DNA of 57,414 nucleotides from Deltaproteobacteria bacterium (GTDB lineage Bacteria; JACQOV01): NCBI GenBank assembly GCA_016202395.1, contig JACQOV010000051.1, positions 1 to 57,414 of the forward strand, read 5' to 3'. Shown piece by piece: positions 49,812 to 57,414 of this stretch (position 1 is its first letter; each line of letters starts with the position of its first letter). The notes under the pieces were generated by a model. It saw only the letters and a program-made list of their open reading frames with translations, ran no database searches and was not told where the DNA came from. The position numbers and the translations under genes were made by a program.

Positions 49812-50984
49812 TTATTCACCTTCTGAAGAGAAGGAATCCAGATAGGGGCTCCAGTCGTCAGAGCTATGCGGATCCGGAAAGTTTTTATCGAGGTATTTTC
49901 CCACCTTAAGATCAATACTATCACTATTCCCAAAAGACCAGTTTGCCCCTTCTATGACCATGTTCAAGGGACTCTCAAAAGGACCTAGCACTTCTTGCTT
50001 AAGGTATTGATCGATGATCTCGGCTGCCTCTGTGGGATTCTCTGAAGCGTATAGATCGGAGGCCATCATAGTTACTGTGAAGGCTGTGGAGAATATCCCT
50101 ATTTTTTGAACGTTTTTATTTCCCAATATTTTTCCTGCCCAACGGAGGGATTTTTGGGCTGATGAAAGTCCTTCAAGTTTTAAGGATAACTTTAATGTTT
50201 CTTTTCCGAGCCTGTTCCTTTCGGCCCTATAGCGATTCATCTGATTGGCGAAGGTTATATAATCGCCCCCCTCGTTGGCAAATTCGCCAAAGGCTTCTAC
50301 CGCGAGCCCTTCCTCTTTCAAAAATCTTTCCGCGATGGTTTTGTTTCGTTCATATTCTCGGATTGAAATCTCGCCATCCTTCATTTTGTAATATTCTCCG
50401 AGAGAAAACATATTGACACGTCCCTTCATGTCGTCATAAACTCCAAGGTATCCTGTCTTGGCCTCTTTTAGCGCTTCCTCGGTGTTTTTAATTTCAGCGG
50501 AGAGGCCTTTTCCTAGACGTTGAAACCACCCCTCCTCCTCACTCATCCCACTGGGGTCCACAACTCTTAGAGGATTATTCCAGGCATAAGAATAGAGATT
50601 GAGGTCTTGGGGCAAGTCGCCATTTCTTAGAGGATCTGGACTGATGAATTTTCCGAGAGAAGGATCGTAGTATCGGGAACCATAGTAGTAGAGGTTTGAT
50701 GCAAAGTCGAATTTCTGACCTGTGAAAAGGGAAGAGAGAGCCCCTTCACCCCAACCCTCTCCCCTTTGGGGAGAGGGTAAAGGGTGAGGGGAAAAGATCT
50801 CACCATAGGGGTAGTAAGAATAACGAGCCTGCTCGGCACCTAAGACGTCGGTCATCACACGGGTGCTACCGAGAGAATCCGTCTGATAAAATCGAACGGA
50901 TGTCGTTGAACCGATCGAATTTCCAAGACTAAGAAGGATTCCTAAAATGCCATAGACTAAGAGTTGGCGAATTCGTTTCCTCAC
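49812..50984 (-). CDS. Cartridge 16: signal peptide + Rhs core (with palindrome) + coiled-coil tip + shared C-terminal tail
   Basis: GTG start after AGGAGG; FYQTDSLGS..WNNPLRVVDPSG; tail ASENPTEAAEIIDQY..DPHSSDDWSPYLD. Confidence 0.85.
   Translation of the reverse strand: MRKRIRQLLVYGILGILLSLGNSIGSTTSVRFYQTDSLGSTRVMTDVLGAEQARYSYYPYGEIFSPHPLPSPQRGEGWGEGALSSLFTGQKFDFASNLYYYGSRYYDPSLGKFISPDPLRNGDLPQDLNLYSYAWNNPLRVVDPSGMSEEEGWFQRLGKGLSAEIKNTEEALKEAKTGYLGVYDDMKGRVNMFSLGEYYKMKDGEISIREYERNKTIAERFLKEEGLAVEAFGEFANEGGDYITFANQMNRYRAERNRLGKETLKLSLKLEGLSSAQKSLRWAGKILGNKNVQKIGIFSTAFTVTMMASDLYASENPTEAAEIIDQYLKQEVLGPFESPLNMVIEGANWSFGNSDSIDLKVGKYLDKNFPDPHSSDDWSPYLDSFSSEGE
50741..50791 (+). repeat. In-frame palindrome copy P5
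   Basis: Encodes PHPLPSPQRGEGWGEG, as in P3. Confidence 0.9.
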
Positions 50985-51006
50985 GGTTTTCCTCCTTTGG
51001 GTTTCT

Positions 51007-52581
51007 TTAGTCCGACGATTCTAGCGATTGACAAGATCCATTTCCGCATTCTTTGAGTTGCAAGAGCCACTTTTCGAGGGTTTCCCGTTGTGCTCCATAG
51101 TTTTCCGCATTGTGAAGGCTTTCCAGTTGATAGGGATCGTTACTCAGATCATAGAGCTCGCGAGAGTTCTCCTCGTCCTCATACATCACGTAGACATACA
51201 TCACGTAGAGATGATTGGGGGTATCCGTTTCCCTAGATCCGGTTCGTATGGCGGAAAAGGTGGGGGGATACATATCTCCAATTCCATAATTTTCGATAAG
51301 GAACCGCTTTCTCCAATCGGATCGCTCTGGATCTTCCAGCAGGGGAATTAAGGATCGACCATCCACGGGAATGCCCGGTGTAGCATCCGCTAGATCCACG
51401 ATGGTTGGAGCGAGATCGTTGTTAAGAACGATCTGCTGGATTTCCTCAGATCCCGAAGAATCTGGCACTCGGAGGTAAAGAGGAACCCGAATCGATTCCT
51501 CATAGGCGTAAGATTTATATTGGTTGAGGCGATGCTCTCCCAAAAGGTAACCGTTATCGGAAGTAAAAATAAGAACTGTGTTGTCTAAGCGTTTCGTTGC
51601 TTCTAAGGCCTCTACGATCGTTTTAATGAGGTCATCGGCCGAGCGGAGGGCTTCCAATCGATTCTGAAAGATTGTTTCCGCGCAATCGGCTTGATTGGAG
51701 CTCATAGAAGCGATCTCCTGCAACCAATAAGGCTTGTCGCTCATCTCCTCCTCGTTAAAGGAAGGGGATCGAGGGAGTGAGATCGATTGCAGCGTTCCCG
51801 CATATTTTTCGGAGGGGCGAACCGTCAGTTGGAAACCGGCGCTTGTGGTACAATCCAAAAGAGCTGAGAAGGTCCCTTCTAGATGGACGGCAAGGGGTGT
51901 CACAACGAAGAACAAAGGCTCCATGCGGGTCGAATATTTTTGAATGAGCTCAGAGGCCCGTTGGCCGAGAAGATCTGTTTGGTATTCGTTGAGATGTATT
52001 CGAATATCACCGTTTTCGTTCATCTTATAGTTGTACATGTTGTAAGTGGACCAGTCGACCAAGGCGTGCCATTCATTCCATCCCGGAGGAATATAAGTTT
52101 CCTCTGTCTCTATACCGTATTCGTTTAAATATTTTCCGATGTGTCCTGTGATATATCCTTGGCGTTGGAGCCAAACCCCAAGGGTCTCGGAGTCCTCCAG
52201 TGCGGTCACTCCTCCTCCTTCTGACGTTGTGTTAGAGAATACCCTGTGATTGTGAGAGTATTGCCCCGTGAGAAAAGTGGCTCGGGAAGGGCAACAAAGC
52301 GAGTTTGTTACGAACGATTCTGTGAATGTAATTCCGGAATCGACGAAGTACTTTTTAAGGGAGGGCATCCATCCCCTTTGAACCAATGTTTCAACAGACC
52401 TTACATCGAGATCGTCGAGCATGATCACTACGATGTTGACAGGGTTTTTCTCTGAAGCCACAGTGGAGGAACTTTCAGGAGAGGCCTCCGATGTTGCGGA
52501 TTCCGATCCCTCGTTCCTATTTCCACAACCCTTTAAGAAGAGAATGGTGATTGCGCTCAAGAGAATAGCAACGGTTGTCAT
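51007..52581 (-). CDS. Sulfatase lipoprotein (Cys-type, N-acetylglucosamine-6-sulfatase-like)
   Basis: NIVVIMLDD, SLCCPSRATFLTG (CxPxR), GKYLN, FTSDNGY; lipobox LKGC; start moved to MTTV because the promoter overlaps the longer ORF start. Confidence 0.92.
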   Translation of the reverse strand: MTTVAILLSAITILFLKGCGNRNEGSESATSEASPESSSTVASEKNPVNIVVIMLDDLDVRSVETLVQRGWMPSLKKYFVDSGITFTESFVTNSLCCPSRATFLTGQYSHNHRVFSNTTSEGGGVTALEDSETLGVWLQRQGYITGHIGKYLNEYGIETEETYIPPGWNEWHALVDWSTYNMYNYKMNENGDIRIHLNEYQTDLLGQRASELIQKYSTRMEPLFFVVTPLAVHLEGTFSALLDCTTSAGFQLTVRPSEKYAGTLQSISLPRSPSFNEEEMSDKPYWLQEIASMSSNQADCAETIFQNRLEALRSADDLIKTIVEALEATKRLDNTVLIFTSDNGYLLGEHRLNQYKSYAYEESIRVPLYLRVPDSSGSEEIQQIVLNNDLAPTIVDLADATPGIPVDGRSLIPLLEDPERSDWRKRFLIENYGIGDMYPPTFSAIRTGSRETDTPNHLYVMYVYVMYEDEENSRELYDLSNDPYQLESLHNAENYGAQRETLEKWLLQLKECGNGSCQSLESSD

Positions 52582-52605
52582 TTTACGGTCCACGAGAGGA
52601 TTTAA

Positions 52606-52621
52606 TGCAAAGAGCATGCCA
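52606..52621 (-). promoter_or_regulatory. sigma54 (-24/-12) promoter
   Basis: TGGCATGCTCTTTGCA on the minus strand. Confidence 0.85.
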
Positions 52622-52893
52622 AGAAGGGGGTGCCATCTATTCCTTTGAATTCATTATGCTTTTTGACATCTCCTGGTTTTAGTTCATTTTTTCTCCGAGA
52701 ACGGTGTGGACTTGAGTTGACGATGGAAAGAGGGAAGACTTAAAAGTCTTTAAGAAATAAGGGGATAGATTGTGAAGGGTCGTTCATACCTCCTCCGTTA
52801 AAAAAACTTAACATGCGTCAATGGGTCCTTTTTCTTGACAGTCTCGGAGTGGCTTGCTAAGCTACTGTTTTTTAAGCAAAAAAGGAAAGTCCA

Positions 52894-54312
52894 ATGCAAA
52901 ATCAAAAGTTATGGGGGGGGCGTTTTCGTGGGAAGACCTCGGCAACGGTAGAGGCTTTTACGGCCTCTATTGCCTGGGACCAAAGGCTAGCCCCTTACGA
53001 TATTCAAGGGAGCCTCGCCCATGCGCAGATGCTTCAACGTCAAGGGCTGCTTAAAGTGAGTGAGGCTCGAAAGATCGTCCAAGGTTTGAAAGCGATTCGG
53101 AAAGAGATCGATGCAGGACGTTTCCCTTTTCGAGAGGAGTGCGAGGATATTCACATGAATATCGAGGCGCGCCTTTTTGAGAAGATTGGAGCGGTTGCAG
53201 GGAAGTTGCACATGGGGCGAAGTCGAAATGATCAAGTCGCCTTGGATCTGCGACTCTATGTTCGGGATAGGACAATTCAAATCGCGCAATCGCTGTTTCA
53301 GATTCGAGAGCGTTTGATTAATCGCGCTGTGAAGGAGACCGAAACCGTTCTTCCCGGCTACACCCATTTGCAGCGGGCCCAGCCGGTGGTTTTGGCCCAT
53401 TATCTCCTTGCCTATGAGTCGATGCTCACGCGGGACACCCAACGTCTTCTGGATAGCCTCGCTCGAGTTCAGGTCTCCCCCTTGGGATCGGGGGCGCTGG
53501 CTGGCACGAGTTTGCCGCTAGATCGAAAAGAGGTGGCCCGGTCTTTGGGCTTTCCGTGGATTACGAGCAACAGCCTCGATGCCGTGAGTGATCGCGATTT
53601 TGTTGTAGAGTTTTTGTCAGCTCTCTCATTGATCGCGGTTCATTTAAGTCGTTGGGCTGAAGAATGGATTTTATGGAACACCACCGAATTCGGTTTTGTG
53701 GATTTTCCCGACGCCTTTTGCACGGGGAGTTCGATGATGCCGCAGAAAAAAAATCCGGATGTTTTGGAACTCATTCGAGGAAAATCAGGCCGAGTTTTTG
53801 GAAACTTAATGGCATTATTGACCCTCTTAAAAGGGTTGCCGTTGAGCTACAACCGTGACCTTCAAGAGGATAAAGAGCCACTGTTCGATGCCGCGGATAC
53901 GGTTTCAGCCTGTTTGGACCTGATGGAACAGGCCATTCGATTGGCCCGGTTTCATCGGGAAGCGATGAGGAAGGCCGCGGAGGATCCGATGCTTCTGGCA
54001 ACCGATCTTGCGGAATCTCTCGTGAAGAAGGGGATTGCATTTCGCAAGGCCCACGAGATCGTTGGGAAGATCGTTGCGGAATCGATACGGAGCCAAAGGC
54101 CATTGAATCAATGGAGCGCCAGCGAGTTTAAAAGGTTTTCCTCAGCCTTTGGGAATTCGATATCCAAGATCTTAAGGTCTGAGGCCTCGGTGCGTAGCCG
54201 GAATATCTCTGGAGGAACGGCTCCTGCGCAGGTCCGCCGCGCCCTTGTTGAAGCTCGAGGCGTGCTTCATCAGCAAGAAATTCAGCTAAAGCGTTTGAGC
54301 AAGAGGCGCTAA
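52894..54312 (+). CDS. argH: Argininosuccinate lyase
   Basis: KLWGGRF, EDIHMNIE, GRSRNDQV, GYTHLQRAQP, GSSMMPQKKNPD, YNRDLQEDK. Confidence 0.98.
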   Translation: MQNQKLWGGRFRGKTSATVEAFTASIAWDQRLAPYDIQGSLAHAQMLQRQGLLKVSEARKIVQGLKAIRKEIDAGRFPFREECEDIHMNIEARLFEKIGAVAGKLHMGRSRNDQVALDLRLYVRDRTIQIAQSLFQIRERLINRAVKETETVLPGYTHLQRAQPVVLAHYLLAYESMLTRDTQRLLDSLARVQVSPLGSGALAGTSLPLDRKEVARSLGFPWITSNSLDAVSDRDFVVEFLSALSLIAVHLSRWAEEWILWNTTEFGFVDFPDAFCTGSSMMPQKKNPDVLELIRGKSGRVFGNLMALLTLLKGLPLSYNRDLQEDKEPLFDAADTVSACLDLMEQAIRLARFHREAMRKAAEDPMLLATDLAESLVKKGIAFRKAHEIVGKIVAESIRSQRPLNQWSASEFKRFSSAFGNSISKILRSEASVRSRNISGGTAPAQVRRALVEARGVLHQQEIQLKRLSKRR

Positions 54313-54998
54313 TGCGGCGACGAAGTTTCTGGCTGATAGCCCTATTGCTTTTCGTTCTAGGATGTGGTCGGAAGGCTCCCCCTCTTTCTCCTGAAGAAGC
54401 CCTTCCCATGGTTCTCTCAGGGTTGCAGGGATCGGCGAGGCCTGAAGGGATTCTCCTTTTTTGGAAAGCTCCCCCGGAGCTTTCCAACAGCTCTTATCGC
54501 ATATTCCGTCGAGAAGATGCCGTCAGAGGGGGATGGCGTTCTTTAGGAGAGGTTGCCCCACTTTCGGAAGAGGGGGAGAGCCTATTTTGGGATGAGACGG
54601 TAGAGGCCGGTTACCAATATCATTATGTGGCTCGATGGCTCGATTCTCGAGGGCGGTGGATGGGAACCTCGAATGAGGTTGTTCTTTCCTGGGAGCGGCC
54701 GATGGAGGCCCCTCAAAATCTTAGAGCTCGGCGTTTTGGCCAAGGGGTGGAGATTTTTTGGTCTCCGATCCAGCTTGAAGGGATTGAGATCGTCGGTTAT
54801 GTTGTTTACCGATGGAGGGAACGGGAAGAGATCTCGCTTTTTCCCATCACGTTGACACCCGTTCTCGCGCCACCCTTTGTCGATCTCAAAATTCCTGAAG
54901 GGGGAAAATATCAATATCGGGTGGCTGCGGTTCATCGTTTTGGGGATACTTTGATGCAAGGGAGGGTTTCAGAACCTGTAAGTATTGAGATTAAGTAA
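54312..54998 (+). CDS. Lipoprotein with two fibronectin type III-like domains
   Basis: [14 protein letters not shown]...Y.IFR..Y.Y.V FN3 patterns twice. Confidence 0.8.
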   Translation: MRRRSFWLIALLLFVLGCGRKAPPLSPEEALPMVLSGLQGSARPEGILLFWKAPPELSNSSYRIFRREDAVRGGWRSLGEVAPLSEEGESLFWDETVEAGYQYHYVARWLDSRGRWMGTSNEVVLSWERPMEAPQNLRARRFGQGVEIFWSPIQLEGIEIVGYVVYRWREREEISLFPITLTPVLAPPFVDLKIPEGGKYQYRVAAVHRFGDTLMQGRVSEPVSIEIK

Positions 54999-54999
54999 A

Positions 55000-56262
55000 A
55001 TGCATTATTTCGAATACAAAGATAACGAGCTCTGCTGCGAGGAGGTTCCGGTTCGCAAGATTGCCGAATCGGTGGGGACCCCTTTCTATCTTTACAGCTA
55101 TAGAACGCTGGCTCGCCACTTCTCCGTTTTTGATAAGGCTTTTGGGGAGTTCCCTCACATCGTTTGTTTTTCGGTGAAGGCCAATTCTAATCTTGCGGTC
55201 TTAAGTTTATTTGCCTCGATGGGGGGAGGGGCGGACATCGTCTCTTGCGGGGAGTTGTTCCGCGCTTTGAAAGCGGGGATGGATCCAAAGAAGATCGTTT
55301 TTTCCGGAGTGGGAAAAACCGAGGAGGAGATCCAATGGGCTTTAAAAGAAGGAATTTTGATTTTCAATATCGAGTCCGAAGAGGAGCTGCGCAAAATCGA
55401 TTCGGTCGCGGGTCGGATGAAAACCAAAGCGGCCGTGGCCTTGCGAGTGAATCCCGATGTGGATCCTAAAACGCACCCCTACATTGCCACCGGTTTGAAG
55501 AAGAGCAAATTTGGGATCGCTTTTGAGAAAGCGTACCAACAGTATCAAGAGGCTCGCAGCCTCCAACACATCGAGATCCTCGGCGTCGATTGTCATATTG
55601 GGAGTCAACTCACAGAGGTTTCTCCCTTTGTCGATGCCTTAAAGAAACTCAAGGAGTTGGTGTTGCGTCTTCGCAAAGAAGGGATCGACATCCGATATCT
55701 CGATCTTGGGGGAGGATTGGGGATCACCTACGATGAGGAGAAGCCCCCCGATCCTGCGGAGTATGCTCAGGCTTTGATTGAAGAGATGAAGGATCTTCAT
55801 TGCACGTTGATTTTGGAGCCGGGGCGTGTCATTGTCGGAAACGCAGGGGTTTTGGTGACTCGTGTTCTCTATAACAAGGATGGCGATGGAAGGCATTTTG
55901 TCATCGTGGACGCCGGAATGAATGACCTTATCCGGCCGAGTCTCTATGGGGCTTTTCAGGAGATTGTTCCGGTGCGCTGCAAAGAGAAGGAGAAAAAGGT
56001 TGTTACGGATGTGGTGGGGCCGATTTGCGAATCGGGGGACTTTTTGGCTAAGGACCGGGCGCTCCCTGAACTCAAGGCCGGAGAGTTGCTGGCGGTGATG
56101 AGCGCTGGCGCTTACGGTTTTGCGATGTCTTCCAATTACAACTCTCGGAGGCGTGTGGCCGAGGTGTTGGTGCGCGACGATCGATTCGAGGTAGTTCGGG
56201 CGCGGGAGACCTACGAGGATTTGATTCGAGGAGAATCGATCCCTGAATGGATTAAGACATGA
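55000..56262 (+). CDS. lysA: Diaminopimelate decarboxylase
   Basis: [14 protein letters not shown] (PLP Lys), [29 protein letters not shown]. Confidence 0.97.
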   Translation: MHYFEYKDNELCCEEVPVRKIAESVGTPFYLYSYRTLARHFSVFDKAFGEFPHIVCFSVKANSNLAVLSLFASMGGGADIVSCGELFRALKAGMDPKKIVFSGVGKTEEEIQWALKEGILIFNIESEEELRKIDSVAGRMKTKAAVALRVNPDVDPKTHPYIATGLKKSKFGIAFEKAYQQYQEARSLQHIEILGVDCHIGSQLTEVSPFVDALKKLKELVLRLRKEGIDIRYLDLGGGLGITYDEEKPPDPAEYAQALIEEMKDLHCTLILEPGRVIVGNAGVLVTRVLYNKDGDGRHFVIVDAGMNDLIRPSLYGAFQEIVPVRCKEKEKKVVTDVVGPICESGDFLAKDRALPELKAGELLAVMSAGAYGFAMSSNYNSRRRVAEVLVRDDRFEVVRARETYEDLIRGESIPEWIKT

Positions 56263-57077
56263 AAATGCCATTCATCAAAATGCATGGCACGGGAAATGAC
56301 TTTGTTGTGATCGACGGTCGGAAGAGGTCCGTTCGAATTTCGAAGAAGCTCGCGCAGCGGCTTTGTCACCGTCGATTTGGAATCGGAGCGGATCAGGTTT
56401 TGGTGATTGCTTCCTCTCAGAAAGCCGATGTTCAGATGCGGATCTTTAATGCCGATGGGAGCGAGGTGGAACATTGTGGGAATGGGATCCGGTGTCTGGC
56501 GAAGTACGTGACGCAGGAAGAGAATGGAAAGAAAACCCTTTCTGTTGAAACGTTGTCAGGGATTAGTGTTGTGAAACTTTTGGAAGATAACGTTCGGGTC
56601 GATATGGGAGCGCCGCGGCTCGAGGCGAAAGAGATTCCAGTTCAAGCTCAGGGGCGCGTTATTGCCCGTCCCTTTATGCAGGATGGTTTTCAGATGGAGA
56701 TGACCTGTGTTTCGATGGGAAACCCTCATTGTGTGATTGCGGTGGAGGCGGTGGAGCCATTTCCGGTGGAGGTGGTAGGATCCCAAATTGAGAACGATCC
56801 TTTTTTTCCGAACCGAACCAACGTAGAATTTGTCGAGTTTGTCAGTCGGGACCGCGTCAAGATACGGGTTTGGGAGAGGGGGAGTGGAGAGACGTGGGCC
56901 TGTGGGACAGGGGCCTGCGCTGTGGCCGTAGCAGGGGTTCTTCTCAAGAAGACCGGACGAAAAGTCCAGGTGGATCTCAAAGGAGGAGCGCTTGAGATCT
57001 ATTGGGATCCTAAAACGGATCATGTGTTTTTAACAGGTCTTGCTGAAGAGGTTTACCGAGGGGAGATTGAGATATGA
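56259..57077 (+). CDS. dapF: Diaminopimelate epimerase
   Basis: [49 protein letters not shown]. Confidence 0.97.
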   Translation: MKMPFIKMHGTGNDFVVIDGRKRSVRISKKLAQRLCHRRFGIGADQVLVIASSQKADVQMRIFNADGSEVEHCGNGIRCLAKYVTQEENGKKTLSVETLSGISVVKLLEDNVRVDMGAPRLEAKEIPVQAQGRVIARPFMQDGFQMEMTCVSMGNPHCVIAVEAVEPFPVEVVGSQIENDPFFPNRTNVEFVEFVSRDRVKIRVWERGSGETWACGTGACAVAVAGVLLKKTGRKVQVDLKGGALEIYWDPKTDHVFLTGLAEEVYRGEIEI

Positions 57078-57414
57078 ATAAAAAACTACAAGGAGCGATG
57101 ACGGCGTTAGTAACGCCTTTTAAAAACGGAAAAGTGGATGAGTCCGCGCTCGAATCGTTGATCGAGTTTCAAATCGCCGAAGGGATTAATGCGTTGGTCA
57201 TCTGTGGAACGACGGGGGAATCTCCAACCCTTTCTCATGAGGAACACGATGAGGTTATCGAACGATCGGTAAAGAGGGCGCGTGGGCGCGTTCCCGTTGT
57301 TGCGGGAACGGGTTCGAACAACACGATCGAAGCGGTGCGACTGACCCGTCATGCTGAGAAAGTGGGAGCCGATGCCGTTTTAGTGGTCGCCCCTTATTAC
57401 AACAAGCCAACCCA
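57074..57414 (+). CDS. dapA: 4-hydroxy-tetrahydrodipicolinate synthase (partial, runs off the window)
   Basis: Hand translation from ATG 57074: [41 protein letters not shown]. Confidence 0.96.
   Translation, partial: MNKKLQGAMTALVTPFKNGKVDESALESLIEFQIAEGINALVICGTTGESPTLSHEEHDEVIERSVKRARGRVPVVAGTGSNNTIEAVRLTRHAEKVGADAVLVVAPYYNKPT

Noticed and set aside
16930-50839. Small overlapping ORFs in the ORF track as immunity genes
   Set aside because: They lie inside or antisense to longer well-supported genes, several recur only because the core DNA recurs, and I saw no supporting RBS or motifs
16831-50984. Diversity-generating retroelement as the source of variation
   Set aside because: No reverse transcriptase and no template/variable repeat pair differing at adenines; tips are unrelated domains
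3936-52893. Prophage or integrative element boundaries for the island
   Set aside because: No integrase, tRNA, att-like direct repeats or phage genes recognised
55639-56271. 210-aa minus-strand ORF and other shadows over argH/lysA/dapF/dapA
   Set aside because: Antisense to unambiguous housekeeping genes

Overview
The window holds a ~49 kb accessory island (~4.0-52.7 kb) between housekeeping genes. On the left are a GAF-GGDEF diguanylate cyclase, an HD phosphohydrolase, a crotonase and a 2,4-dienoyl-CoA reductase-like SDR. On the right are argH, an FN3 lipoprotein, lysA, dapF and a partial dapA. The island appears to encode an unusual 'split' Rhs system. (i) Two giant Sec-exported SpvB/YD-repeat shell proteins (30047-37333, 37414-42414) each carry a two-helix membrane hairpin exactly where the YD shell normally runs into the Rhs core. 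The first continues into a core plus tip; the second stops there with no core. (ii) Sixteen ~1.0-1.3 kb 'cartridge' genes each consist of their own signal peptide, the Rhs-associated core and a different C-terminal payload. Payload motifs suggest an HExxH protease, a JAMM domain, an RhsP2/Tre23-like ART, a GNAT, a SAM methyltransferase, a Zn-PLC/nuclease-like domain, membrane helices and several unknowns. No immunity genes lie between them. (iii) A RAYT-type HUH (Y1) transposase has 29-bp terminal inverted repeats that recur seven more times, five of them directly at cartridge 5' ends. (iv) A 50-bp palindrome is translated in frame inside five cartridge cores, in both orientations, and a 136-bp MITE is nested in one repeat. 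(v) Six consensus sigma54 promoters with IHF sites and a candidate UAS drive the operons, together with a TPR-only sigma54 activator and seven secreted lipoproteins. All domain calls come from motif recognition by eye, with no database searches. The shell/cartridge pairing and the RAYT role are inferences. Many starts are revised from the ORF track using RBS and promoter positions.
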